DNA of 64,000 bases from Bacteroidaceae bacterium (GCA_017621515.1 JAGASY010000008.1:8759-72758); one strand, 5' to 3'; counted from the first letter of the stretch, positions 37,085-46,613 are shown. The notes: generated from the letters alone by a model not told the origin. Translations and numbers: made by a program.

Positions 37085-37828
37085 TGACAAAATGATAGTG
37101 TATCTTTGCTTGTGAGGCTCTTGATTGTAGTAATTTAGCCAAAATACTTTCTTTTTGATTTTGTCAAATGTTAAAATCCCAAGCCCTCTGGAACGCTCCA
37201 AAATGAAGCGTGCTGAACTTTTCTCGAAGAATGAGGATTCTGTGCGTATTTTCTGAAGGCTCTACAAAATGTGAAATAGTGTTTCATTTTGGAGCAGCTC
37301 TTTTACATTTATTTATTTCCGGCGAAGAGTCTTTTTGAAAAAAGTACTAAGTTCTCAAATTTTCAGCGCGCAGTTTTTTTCTCCACAGCGCACTGCAATT
37401 TTATTTCCTGTGCGCTACAATTTTCTGCACTGTGCGCTGAAAAAATAAAAACAGCGCGCTGAAAAGATGAAAACAGTGGGCAGCGGAGAAAAAGACATTT
37501 TGCTTCGGTTGAAATGTTAAGAAGTGTATAGTTCATTGCTTCGAAAGAGTGTCTGAACAGAACTTTAAAAGTGAATGAATTTGAAATAGCATTTTGGAGT
37601 AAAAATGTTAGGTTTGCTTGTAATATATTAATAATCAGTAGATTATCAGAATACTCAAAATGCTCGAAAAATTGCGTCCGGTATGTTTTTTTGAGTATTT
37701 TGTGTAAAATTATATCTTGCTGATTGTCAATACTTTATCCTTGCTGTGAAATTTTTGTCTTTTCCTCCTCGACAAAAAATCACTCGAAGTGTTAAATTTT
37801 CATTTTGAGCGAAAATATCATTTTGTCA
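37085..37828 (-). repeat. Copy D of the 742-744 bp ORF-less modular element
   Basis: Terminal TGACAAAATGATA / TATCATTTTGTCA match 13/13. The CAGCGCRC array at 37364-37461 differs from copy A at only about 8 positions by eye. Confidence 0.9.
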
Positions 37829-37869
37829 AAATGAAAATGGTGCGAATTATAGAAAATTTAGCATTTTAT

Positions 37870-37888
37870 AGGTCTGTCAGATACATCC
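37870..37888. repeat. REP-like half-site AGGTCTGTCAGATACATCC
   Basis: Lies about 41 bp outside the left end of copy D. It resembles 25366-25385. Confidence 0.5.
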
Positions 37889-37973
37889 GAAAAAGATAAA
37901 AATCTGAAACGGTTTCTATGCTATGGATAAAATATGTAACTTTGGCTTGCTTAATATAGACATGGTTATGGTA

Positions 37974-39293
37974 ATGGACTGGGAAAGACTTATATCGAAT
38001 AAACGGCTTGGACAGGAAGAACTGCACTACAGGCGAAAGGACGACCGCACGGAGTTTAAAAGAGACTATGACAGACTGATTTTCTCTGCTCCGTTCAGAC
38101 GATTGCAGAATAAGACACAGGTGTTTCCTCTTCCCGGCAGTGTGTTTGTGCATAATAGATTGACACACAGTCTTGAGGTGGCAAGTGTGGGACGCTCACT
38201 CGGCGACGATGTGGCGCGTAGGCTGCTGAGTCTGCATCCGGAGCTGGCGGAGACACATGTAAGTGAAATCGGCGACATTGTGAGTGCTGCTTGTCTTGCT
38301 CATGATATGGGTAATCCTCCTTTCGGACATTCGGGCGAGAAAGCCATTGCCACTTTCTTCTCGGAAGGTGACGGACTGAAATACAAAGAGATGGTGACGG
38401 AGGGGCAGTGGCAGGACTTGACACATTACGAGGGAAATGCAAATGCTTTCCGTCTGCTGACCCATCAGTTTGCCGGACGAAGAAAGGGCGGATTTGTCAT
38501 GACCTATTCCACTCTCGCCTCCATCGTGAAATATCCCTTCCGTTCTTCTTTTGCCGGCGACAAACAGAAGTTCGGCTTTTTTCTGAGTGAGGAGGACACA
38601 TATCGGAAGATTGCCGACGAGTTGGGGATTGTGCAGCTTGCGGAAGGACGTTATGCACGTCATCCGCTTGTCTATCTGGTGGAGGCGGCAGATGACATTT
38701 GTTATGAAATAATGGACATTGAGGATGCCCATAAGCTGAAACTGCTTTCGACAGAGGAGACGAAAGAAGCCATGCTTGCTTTCTTCGACGAGGAGCGGAG
38801 AGAGCGCATCTGCAAGGTGTTTACCGAGGTGGAGGACATCAATGAGCAGATTGTGTATTTGCGCTCATGCGTAATAGGTAAGCTGGAGAGTGAGTGTGTG
38901 GAGGCATTTGTGAACAATGAACAGCAGATTCTGAAAGGCGAGTTCAAGGGACCGCTCATCAAAAGCATTTCTCCCCAGGTGTATGATGCATACGGCAAAT
39001 GTATGTCGTTGTCGGTACAGAAGATTTACCAGAGCAAGGATGTAGTGGATATAGAGCTTGCCGGATACAAGATTATCAGTACGTTGATCGATTTGTTTGC
39101 TACAGCGGCTATGTATCCCGAAAAAGCTTATTCCAAGCTTCTGCTCCGTCGTGTGTCTTCTCAATATGATGTGCATTCGGAGGATGTATATACTCGCATC
39201 ATGGCTGTGCTTGATTTTGTGTCGGGAATGACGGATGTCTTTGCGCTTGACCTTATCCGAAAGATTAATGGCGAGAGCATCCCTATGTTGTAA
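37974..39293 (+). CDS. dgt: Deoxyguanosinetriphosphate triphosphohydrolase-like (HD domain dNTPase)
   Basis: Conserved start MDWERLISNKR; DYDRLIFSAPFRRLQNKTQV; HNRLTHSLEV; HDMGNPPFGHSGE. The ORF extends back to 37923. Confidence 0.9.
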   Translation: MDWERLISNKRLGQEELHYRRKDDRTEFKRDYDRLIFSAPFRRLQNKTQVFPLPGSVFVHNRLTHSLEVASVGRSLGDDVARRLLSLHPELAETHVSEIGDIVSAACLAHDMGNPPFGHSGEKAIATFFSEGDGLKYKEMVTEGQWQDLTHYEGNANAFRLLTHQFAGRRKGGFVMTYSTLASIVKYPFRSSFAGDKQKFGFFLSEEDTYRKIADELGIVQLAEGRYARHPLVYLVEAADDICYEIMDIEDAHKLKLLSTEETKEAMLAFFDEERRERICKVFTEVEDINEQIVYLRSCVIGKLESECVEAFVNNEQQILKGEFKGPLIKSISPQVYDAYGKCMSLSVQKIYQSKDVVDIELAGYKIISTLIDLFATAAMYPEKAYSKLLLRRVSSQYDVHSEDVYTRIMAVLDFVSGMTDVFALDLIRKINGESIPML

Positions 39294-39317
39294 GTGCTTG
39301 GATATAGATGATTCTTA

Positions 39318-39570
39318 GCAGATGCCTCCCTTGTGCTTTAGTGGGTGCATTCATAGAGTCCTCATATTACTTTCTTAAGCGGATGTACTCGACAGACTCC
39401 CACTTAAAAGTAATGCAAGGAGTCTGTCAAAGACATCTGCTTAAAAAAGTAATATGAGGAGTCTGTGAATACACTCCTTAAGCTAAAGAAAAAATGCACC
39501 CACTAAAAGCACAAGGGAGGTCTGCCTAATCCCCCAACGTAACTATAACAAACAATTCTAAAACAACTTC
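39318..39570. repeat. Nested REP-like palindrome cluster (BIME-like) between convergent genes
   Basis: Outer arms are GCAGATGCCTCCCTTGTGCTTTAGTGGGTGCAT / ATGCACCCACTAAAAGCACAAGGGAGGTCTGC. Two further nested arm pairs contain GAGTCTGT/ACAGACTC cores. A trailing ACGTAACTATAACAAA module is shared with 60047-60070. Confidence 0.85.
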
Positions 39571-39574
39571 TTAT

Positions 39575-40438
39575 TTAATTCTTTTCTACGACAAGATAAT
39601 TGGTTTGATTCCAGAATTGTTCCGGATTAGTTATCTTAATCGTTTTCAGTCCGTTCTCCTCAATCAGTTCGTATGATGTCTCCGGGTGATTTGTAAGAAT
39701 CTTGATTTTTGAGGCATTCAAAGGTAAAGTATTGAGAATACGTTTGTCACTTATGACGAAGTCCCCTTTGTCGAAATCACTTTTTGTCAGTTTGGTCTTG
39801 CGAAGAAAACCGGTCTCGATTATATTATATGATTTCAATTCAGATTTCGTTGCAATGATGTAATAGCATGTATTAAGTTCATTTTCGAGTTTGACTGATG
39901 CCTCTTGGGCGGCATTGCGTTCTCCTGTAACTGTGGTGACAGTAGTGTTAAGAGAATCAACTTCGTTATTTAAGGCACCAATGTGTTCGTTTGCTGCGAC
40001 CAGCTGTTGTTTCAATGATTCTATTTCCTCTATTTGAGAGTCAATCTGAATCTGCAGAGCCTTGACAGTCTCTTGAAGTTCTTTGTTGTTGATTGTTGAG
40101 TCTTGCAATTTGCTCTCCAGCTCTTGCAACTTTTCTTTACGTTGTTGGATTCTTTCTTTCAGACTTGAAATGTCTGCAAGAATCTGAGCCTGTTGACTGA
40201 CATTTTTCTCGGGATGTTCAGCTGAGACAGTCATGATGTTTTCAAGCTGCTTAATCTGTTCCAGTCCGGTTGAGATTTCTTTAACCAAGATGAGCAACTG
40301 TTCTCTTTCACTCAATGCAGTGATAAGTTCTTGCTTTGACACCTCAGCCAATGACTGTTGTTCTTTTTCTTTGTTCTCATTGCAAGAGAACAACATCGAT
40401 GAGATAATCACCGGGATGATAAGATTTCTTGTATTCAT
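39575..40438 (-). CDS. Coiled-coil lipoprotein of unknown function
   Basis: Start MNTRNLIIPVIISSMLFSC (lipobox), a long Q/E/L-rich coiled coil, and a globular C-terminus. The ORF extends to 40486. Confidence 0.7.
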   Translation of the reverse strand: MNTRNLIIPVIISSMLFSCNENKEKEQQSLAEVSKQELITALSEREQLLILVKEISTGLEQIKQLENIMTVSAEHPEKNVSQQAQILADISSLKERIQQRKEKLQELESKLQDSTINNKELQETVKALQIQIDSQIEEIESLKQQLVAANEHIGALNNEVDSLNTTVTTVTGERNAAQEASVKLENELNTCYYIIATKSELKSYNIIETGFLRKTKLTKSDFDKGDFVISDKRILNTLPLNASKIKILTNHPETSYELIEENGLKTIKITNPEQFWNQTNYLVVEKN

Positions 40439-40583
40439 ATAACCTTTGTTTTTCTTGTTTCTTATGCAAAAGTAGGCAATATACATAACATCACAAAGGG
40501 GATGCCAATAGACACCGTAAATGTGTAAATGAATGTATTTTGCAGTATTTGCTGTTGTTACAGAGAAGTATTAACTTTGCGCC

Positions 40584-41621
40584 ATGAAATCGCTGGAACA
40601 TAAAACAAATTTAATTTTTGATTTATTCTTTGGCTTTGTTTTTATGCCAATCTTAATCTTTCTGGGCCCTGTGCATTATTGGTGGGCTACTTCTCACGTA
40701 TTTACAAGTTTGGCTGTTTTATTTTTGTATGGATGCTACTTTGCTGCAAAACTGTTAAGATTGCCGCAATTAATTCTGGCGAAAGCGTATCGTAAATTAG
40801 TTCTTGTCTCAATAATATTTATTGTACTGACATATTTGTTGACATTGTATCCTTTGCCTGAAGAGAATTTTGTGATTCCTTCCATGAGCGAGTATCAGAC
40901 AAGAGTGAGAAACTACAATATGACAATAAGCCTGTGGTTTATGTTTTTTGTTGTTATTGGCTATTCATTGACTGTCTCTTTTATTAAGGAACTATATAAC
41001 CGGATGCTTTTGCAAAGTATATTGGAGAATCAACGTAACAAGGCGGAACTGGCTCTTTTCAAGGCGCAGATAACTCCACATTTTCTTTTCAATACCCTTA
41101 ATTCTTTGTACAGTCTTGTAATTGGAACTTCGCAAAAGGCGGAAGATGCGTTTATCAAATTTACCGAACTGTTGAAATATACATATATCACAGCGGACAA
41201 TGATTGGGTTGCAATTGACGATGAAATCAACTATGTCAATAACTATATCGATTTGGAGCTGATTAGGCTGGACTGTCACACCCGTGTTGTCAGAGATTTT
41301 TCTGTGGATGACACTACAACATCAATACCGCCTATGATATTTCTTACATTCGTAGAAAATGCTTTCAAATATGGGGCTTCAACAAGTCGGGACTGTGAGA
41401 TATTAATAAGACTCCACATAAACAATGGCATTCTGCTTTTTGAGACACAGAATCGGATAATGAGGCATGTTGATGAGTTTCGCAAAGATATGCCGGTAGG
41501 CATCAACAATTGCAGAAGTCGGTTGTCGGGGTTGTTTCCCGACAGACATATTTTCAGTATTAAAGAAGAAAACGGAATATTCAAGGTTTATCTTAAAATA
41601 GAGCTTAACAGTCATGAGTGA
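40584..41621 (+). CDS. LytS/YehU-type sensor histidine kinase (membrane, His_kinase domain)
   Basis: 345 aa. Four TM segments, then ITPHFLFNTLNSLYSL and an ATPase region (FVENAFKYG). Confidence 0.85.
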   Translation: MKSLEHKTNLIFDLFFGFVFMPILIFLGPVHYWWATSHVFTSLAVLFLYGCYFAAKLLRLPQLILAKAYRKLVLVSIIFIVLTYLLTLYPLPEENFVIPSMSEYQTRVRNYNMTISLWFMFFVVIGYSLTVSFIKELYNRMLLQSILENQRNKAELALFKAQITPHFLFNTLNSLYSLVIGTSQKAEDAFIKFTELLKYTYITADNDWVAIDDEINYVNNYIDLELIRLDCHTRVVRDFSVDDTTTSIPPMIFLTFVENAFKYGASTSRDCEILIRLHINNGILLFETQNRIMRHVDEFRKDMPVGINNCRSRLSGLFPDRHIFSIKEENGIFKVYLKIELNSHE

Positions 41622-42309
41622 TTTAGTCAGATGTGTGGCCATAGACGATGAGCCTTTGGCGCTTGAGGTGATAGATAAATTCTGTCAACGAATCGGTAAT
41701 ATTGAACTAAAAAAGTTTTCCAATCCGATAATCGGATTGGAGGCTATCGAGCAATCCCGACCGGATATTGTTTTTCTCGATATAGAGATGGATGGAATAA
41801 ACGGGCTTGACGTAGCTTCACGGCTGCCTAAAGATACGTGTTTTATATTTACAACAGCATATTTGCGTTATGCTCTCGACGGTTTTGATCTTGATGCTGT
41901 GGATTATCTTCATAAACCTTTTGCTTACAGCCGTTTCCTGACTGCATTTTCCAAGGCTATGAGACGTATAGGGCGTGAGAGGATTAATACGACGACCCAG
42001 TGCATTGTTGTTAAACAGGATTACAACAATATCAGTATTCCGTTAGATGATATTCTATATATAGAAGCTGTGGAGGCTTATTCTAAGATTTTCCGGTTGA
42101 CAGGGGAATGTATCACTTCGCGAATCCTTTTGAAAAATCTATTTGCAATGTTGCCGTCAGAGTCATTCCTACGAATACACCGGTCATTTATTGTACCCAA
42201 ATCGAAAATAAAAAGTTTCAACAAGCAGGAAGTCACTCTTAATAATGGTAAAGTGTTACCTGTTGGGAGGCAATATGCTTCGAAACTTATAGAAGTCCTG
42301 ATGCATTAA
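41614..42309 (+). CDS. LytTR family response regulator
   Basis: 231 aa. Receiver domain (AIDDEP..., DIVFLDIEMDG) plus a LytTR DNA-binding domain (FLRIHRSFIV). It overlaps the kinase gene by 8 nt. Confidence 0.9.
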   Translation: MSDLVRCVAIDDEPLALEVIDKFCQRIGNIELKKFSNPIIGLEAIEQSRPDIVFLDIEMDGINGLDVASRLPKDTCFIFTTAYLRYALDGFDLDAVDYLHKPFAYSRFLTAFSKAMRRIGRERINTTTQCIVVKQDYNNISIPLDDILYIEAVEAYSKIFRLTGECITSRILLKNLFAMLPSESFLRIHRSFIVPKSKIKSFNKQEVTLNNGKVLPVGRQYASKLIEVLMH

Positions 42310-42535
42310 AGAATGGATAGAAAATGTAAATACACAAGGGAATAACTGTTGCAATTGGGGTGCAAAGCGATATTTTCATAATGTTTCGGACAGTAAGAAT
42401 TATGCTTTTAGGGAGTCTATTATCGAAAACCGGCTGTCTATTATCACTTGTTTGGCGGGTGTACTTGCAAGCTGTAATTTTGCATCAAACCTCAAGAAAA
42501 GAGGCGTGGTAAGTTTAATCTAAAAAATTACAGAA

Positions 42536-42862
42536 ATGAAGAAAATGTTAATTGCTGCAGTTCTTTTTGCAGCTTTCGGTTTTAACGCTATGTATGCTTA
42601 CACAGTAGTTGCATCTGATGATCAAGTTGAAGTAACAGTTGCACAGGATGAGTTCAAGGCTATTGAAACAGACTCGCTTCCTCAGACTATCAAAGATGCC
42701 GTAGCGGAGAACTACAAAGACCAGACTATTAAAGCAGCCTATGTGAAGGAGACAGAAGGAGTTAAGACTTATAAAGTGACTTTGACGGATGCCGAAACTA
42801 AAACTTCTGATGTCCTCTTCAATGAGAAAGGCGAGATTCTGCCTGTAGAGGAGCAAAAATGA
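42536..42862 (+). CDS. Small secreted PepSY-like protein
   Basis: 108 aa. Signal peptide; LPQTIKDAVAENYKDQTIKAAYVKETEGVKTYKVTL resembles PepSY-like periplasmic proteins. Confidence 0.6.
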   Translation: MKKMLIAAVLFAAFGFNAMYAYTVVASDDQVEVTVAQDEFKAIETDSLPQTIKDAVAENYKDQTIKAAYVKETEGVKTYKVTLTDAETKTSDVLFNEKGEILPVEEQK

Positions 42863-42926
42863 GAAATACTTGTTATTTTAAAATGTAGCTATGAGGATGT
42901 TTGTATGAACTGCTTCTCATAAGTGG

Positions 42927-42963
42927 AAAAATGACGACTGCTGCCAATAGTCGTCATTTTTTT
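42927..42963 (+). terminator. Rho-independent terminator
   Basis: AAAAATGACGACT-gctgccaat-AGTCGTCATTTTTTT. Confidence 0.7.
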
Positions 42964-43044
42964 AGTTTCCTTCTTTGGGGGTCATGGTTGAAAAATAGCT
43001 ATATAGTTATAATCAGAAGTTTCTTTAAGAGATTCTTATATTAT

Positions 43045-43086
43045 GCAGTCAGGCCCCATTGTCTGTGGACAATGAGGCCTGACTGC
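43045..43086 (-). terminator. Hairpin downstream of the N-acyltransferase gene
   Basis: GCAGTCAGGCC(C)CATTGTC-tgtg-GACAATG(A)GGCCTGACTGC. Confidence 0.55.
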
Positions 43087-43100
43087 TATATACTTTTTTG

Positions 43101-44090
43101 TTATTTGTTTTCGCTGATGACCTTATTGGCACCGCTTGTAATCTGTACCAGTTCCGGATGCTCTTTTACGAATGTCTCGATGTGCCGGACATACTTTTCT
43201 GCAAGAATCTCGTCAACGGTGATGAGGATACCGGTTTCCTCTACATCACCGAATCCGTAGTTGATGGCTGTGCCGAACATTTTCATTGTTGGTGACAGGC
43301 TCATGTAGGCATTGACAAGAGGTGGAATGTTAAGTCCGAGGCTGCGCACTTCATGGTTCAGTATGCGGTAGTCCTCTTTGAAATCGTCCTTGTTGAAGAG
43401 TGCGGCAAGTTCAACGGGGTCATTCTCCAGTTGCAGCGGCTTCATCGGTATGATAAGCTTGTCCTTGTCCTCAAAATGTTTGTTGAGGAAGTAGAGTATC
43501 ATATCGCGTCCTCTGCGGTTGTAGGAAGGGTACATGGTCATCTTTCCGAAAAGATATTTTACATTTGGCATGATGACGGTGAGTGCTCCGAGACCGTCCC
43601 AGAGATTGTCCAATGCAAAGAGTGCCTTGGAACCAGCCCGTGTAGATTGGTATTCCAAAGTGACGAATGAACGTCCCAGCTCAATCGTGTAAGGCAAATA
43701 GTCTGCCATGAACTTCTCCGAGAAATGGAACATGTGTGATGTGGCAAGTATCGGCTGCCCTTTGTCGTCGAGTTTGGCATCTGTGCCCAATAGGTATCTG
43801 TAGCCGCCGATGATTACTTCTTCTTCCGGGTCCCATACGATAAGCTGTTTGTACGGCTCATCCATTGTATCGAACTCATCGAGGTCGAGAGCTTTGCCCG
43901 TACCTCCGCCGGCCGCACGGAAAGCTATCTCACGCAGACGTCCGATTTCACGTACTACATTAGGAGAGTCTTGGTAGGTGACTATATAGATTTCGTTGTT
44001 GCTCTTGTTGGTGAAGCGAAGCCGTTTGTTGTCTGTCAGTTCGGCTTTAAGTACTTCCTTGCTTATCGGAGCAATAATTTCTTCTTCCAT
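43101..44090 (-). CDS. GNAT-type amino acid N-acyltransferase (OlsB/GlsB-like, glycine-lipid type)
   Basis: 329 aa. Acetyltransf_5-like core (REIAFRAAGGGTGK, IVWDPEE..IIGGYRY), paired with a PlsC-type acyltransferase upstream. Confidence 0.7.
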   Translation of the reverse strand: MEEEIIAPISKEVLKAELTDNKRLRFTNKSNNEIYIVTYQDSPNVVREIGRLREIAFRAAGGGTGKALDLDEFDTMDEPYKQLIVWDPEEEVIIGGYRYLLGTDAKLDDKGQPILATSHMFHFSEKFMADYLPYTIELGRSFVTLEYQSTRAGSKALFALDNLWDGLGALTVIMPNVKYLFGKMTMYPSYNRRGRDMILYFLNKHFEDKDKLIIPMKPLQLENDPVELAALFNKDDFKEDYRILNHEVRSLGLNIPPLVNAYMSLSPTMKMFGTAINYGFGDVEETGILITVDEILAEKYVRHIETFVKEHPELVQITSGANKVISENK

Positions 44091-44121
44091 TTCTTCTGAT
44101 TTATTGTCGTTTGTAGCTTTA

Positions 44122-44964
44122 TTATTGTAAGTTATATACTTTCTCTTTGACCCATTCCGCCCATTCTGCCGCTGTCTTTGATTTGTCGGTGAATGTCTGC
44201 CATGGAATCGGTTCTCCGAATGTGACGGTAAATGATTTACCTACATTCTTGTACATCTCATCGACAAGGAAGAGCATGGCAAGGTTGAATTTTAGGTTGA
44301 GCTTCTTGCACCAGCGCGCGATGTTGTAGAATCTGTCGGAGTTTTGACCGGAGAAGTGTACAGGGATAATGTCGCGCTGATATTCGATACTTTTGGTAAT
44401 GAATGTCTTTTTCCATTGCAGGTCGCGAATCTGGCCGTCATCTCCTCGTCTCGAACAAAGACCGGCAGGAAACATGAGTACGTTGTTGTCTGACTGGAAT
44501 GCAGCATCAACCATTTTAGGAAAGTTACGGCTTTGGCTACCTGTCTTGTTGATAGGAATGCAGAGAGGAGCAAGTCCGTGGAGGTTCATAAGTATGTCAT
44601 TGACTAGATACTTTATCTTGCTGTTGTATTTGTGGCAGAGTATTGAACCGAGAGCCACACCGTCTTCTCCTCCAAGCGGATGGTTGCTGACAATGGTAAA
44701 GTATCTGTTCCCCTCATTTCCCGGTAGGGCATCGAGACCGCGCACGTGAAGATCCATTTCAAGATAAGATACACACTCGTCGAGGAAGTCCATCCCGACT
44801 TTCCCTTTGGCTCTGCCTGTAAGGTAGCTGTTGACTTCGTCCTGATGCAGAATCTTTTTCAGCCACGAAATTACAAAGCCCGGTATATATTTTGCTTTGC
44901 TGCCGGCTTTGTCTTTTAGAATTTTGTCTATGTCAATGAGAAACTCCTGTTTTTCTGTTTTCAT
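44122..44964 (-). CDS. Lysophospholipid/1-acyl-glycerol-3-phosphate-type O-acyltransferase (GlsA/OlsA-like)
   Basis: 280 aa. Acyltransferase motif SNHPLGGEDG and FPAGLCSR. Confidence 0.7.
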   Translation of the reverse strand: MKTEKQEFLIDIDKILKDKAGSKAKYIPGFVISWLKKILHQDEVNSYLTGRAKGKVGMDFLDECVSYLEMDLHVRGLDALPGNEGNRYFTIVSNHPLGGEDGVALGSILCHKYNSKIKYLVNDILMNLHGLAPLCIPINKTGSQSRNFPKMVDAAFQSDNNVLMFPAGLCSRRGDDGQIRDLQWKKTFITKSIEYQRDIIPVHFSGQNSDRFYNIARWCKKLNLKFNLAMLFLVDEMYKNVGKSFTVTFGEPIPWQTFTDKSKTAAEWAEWVKEKVYNLQ

Positions 44965-45107
44965 ACTTATGAATTATATCGCAAAATTAGTTTATCTTTT
45001 CATTATAGCAATGCAAAAAGGTTAATTTTAGGCTTTTTCGATACAAAACTTAACAGTATGGCAACAAAATGTACGGCTTCTTTTTCCAGATGAGCTTGTG
45101 TCTTGAT

Positions 45108-45165
45108 ACCTATACATGCGAAAGGAGGATGCACAATTGCGCATCCTCCTTTCGCATGTATAGGT
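45108..45165. repeat. 58-bp near-perfect palindrome (one central mismatch) 15 bp downstream of a gene stop
   Basis: CCTATACATGCGAAAGGAGGATGC-acaattgc-GCATCCTCCTTTCGCATGTATAGG. It probably acts as a bidirectional terminator. Confidence 0.8.
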
Positions 45166-45179
45166 TGATTCCTTTTTAT

Positions 45180-46613
45180 TTATTTGTTCAGCACCTTTGT
45201 ACGCGCACCGTTGCTTTCAACGATGTAGATGCCTTTAGGCAGACTTGTCAGGTTGGCTTTTCCTGCACCTGAGGCTACGCATGTACCGCTGAGAGTATAA
45301 ACTTTGTAGCCGTACTTTGTAGCTGGACGCACTGTGGCAATCGCATTTTCTGTGTCAGTTGTGAAGTCAACATGAATCTGCATAGAAGCTCCCGGCATCA
45401 TTTCAAACTCGATGTCAATGCCAAGGTTGAGGTCTTTATCTTCTGCTGTACCATTGATTTTTACAGGGATACCGCCGTTTTGGGACAACATCGGACCAAG
45501 CCACTGTACACCTTCCGGTTCTGTTCCTTCTGTGATGACGATGCTCTGTTCTTTGCTGATGTTTATCTGCTTTCCGTCTTCACTTGTAGGCATGATGTCT
45601 GTGACAAGTATGTTGCCGACAAACATATAGCTGATTTCTCCTGTTTCGGATATGTCACTGATGAACTTGAAGTTGTTGAGGCTGAGGTCAATAGTTCCGT
45701 CTTCTTTCTTTGCAATGTTAATCACTTCCTGTGTTGAAGGAACCTTGTCACCATTAATGGCAACAGTGAGTACACCTGTGTAACTGTCAGCAAGTAACTC
45801 TGAGTAGTTTGGCTCTTGGATTTCATCGTAGATAAGCTCTATATCGTCGATGTAGAGAGAATCGTCCGGTGTTCCTTTTCCCGGTATGGAGTTTGTGGCG
45901 ATATTGACAATGATGTATGCCGGGTCTGTAGCTGTGCAGTTTTCTGTTGAGAACGGAATCTCTAAACGCTGCCACTGGTATTTGCCCTCATCGTCTGTAA
46001 CAGGAAGGAAATTTTGCTCTGCATGAGCAACTACATGTGAAGCGTTCTCTGTATCTTCAGCGGAAGCTTCTGCTGTACCATATTCTATATAGTCGTATGA
46101 ATCATGTACTGTAGCTGAAATACGAGCGTATGGTGCTTCTTCTTTAATAGCTTTTGGCACAAATTTAACCCATGCAACGATGGCTTTAGGCAGTGCTCCG
46201 AGCTTCTGGCTGAATTGCTCGTCTGAAGTGATACTTTGGTTGTGGTTAGCTTTGTCTGTAGCTGTTGCGCTGCCGCCGATGACTCTTCCCAATGTAAGGT
46301 TTCCCTGTGCTGTGGCGATAAATGCATCGCGTGCCCATATCACTGCGCTGTATTTGCCTGTAGAACCCGGACGTACTTCTTCTGAACGATCTACGGCTTG
46401 CACAACGAAGAAATTTTTGAAGATACCTTCAGACATGGCTCCTCCGCCTGTCTCGAATGAATTCCAGTTGTCTGGTGCATGATTGGTGTCGCTGACTGTT
46501 TCCCAAGACTCAAAGTCCGAATTTGGAATCTGTGGCTTTTCCTGTGCACTGGCCGTATTGGCTGTGATGGCTAATACTGCCAAAGCCATTACTTTACGTA
46601 AAGTTTTTACCAT
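45180..46613 (-). CDS. Secreted PCMD-like domain protein with T9SS C-terminal sorting domain
   Basis: 477 aa. Signal peptide, IPNSDFESWE N-terminal motif, and C-terminal LPKGIYIVESNGARTKVLNK. Confidence 0.7.
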   Translation of the reverse strand: MVKTLRKVMALAVLAITANTASAQEKPQIPNSDFESWETVSDTNHAPDNWNSFETGGGAMSEGIFKNFFVVQAVDRSEEVRPGSTGKYSAVIWARDAFIATAQGNLTLGRVIGGSATATDKANHNQSITSDEQFSQKLGALPKAIVAWVKFVPKAIKEEAPYARISATVHDSYDYIEYGTAEASAEDTENASHVVAHAEQNFLPVTDDEGKYQWQRLEIPFSTENCTATDPAYIIVNIATNSIPGKGTPDDSLYIDDIELIYDEIQEPNYSELLADSYTGVLTVAINGDKVPSTQEVINIAKKEDGTIDLSLNNFKFISDISETGEISYMFVGNILVTDIMPTSEDGKQINISKEQSIVITEGTEPEGVQWLGPMLSQNGGIPVKINGTAEDKDLNLGIDIEFEMMPGASMQIHVDFTTDTENAIATVRPATKYGYKVYTLSGTCVASGAGKANLTSLPKGIYIVESNGARTKVLNK

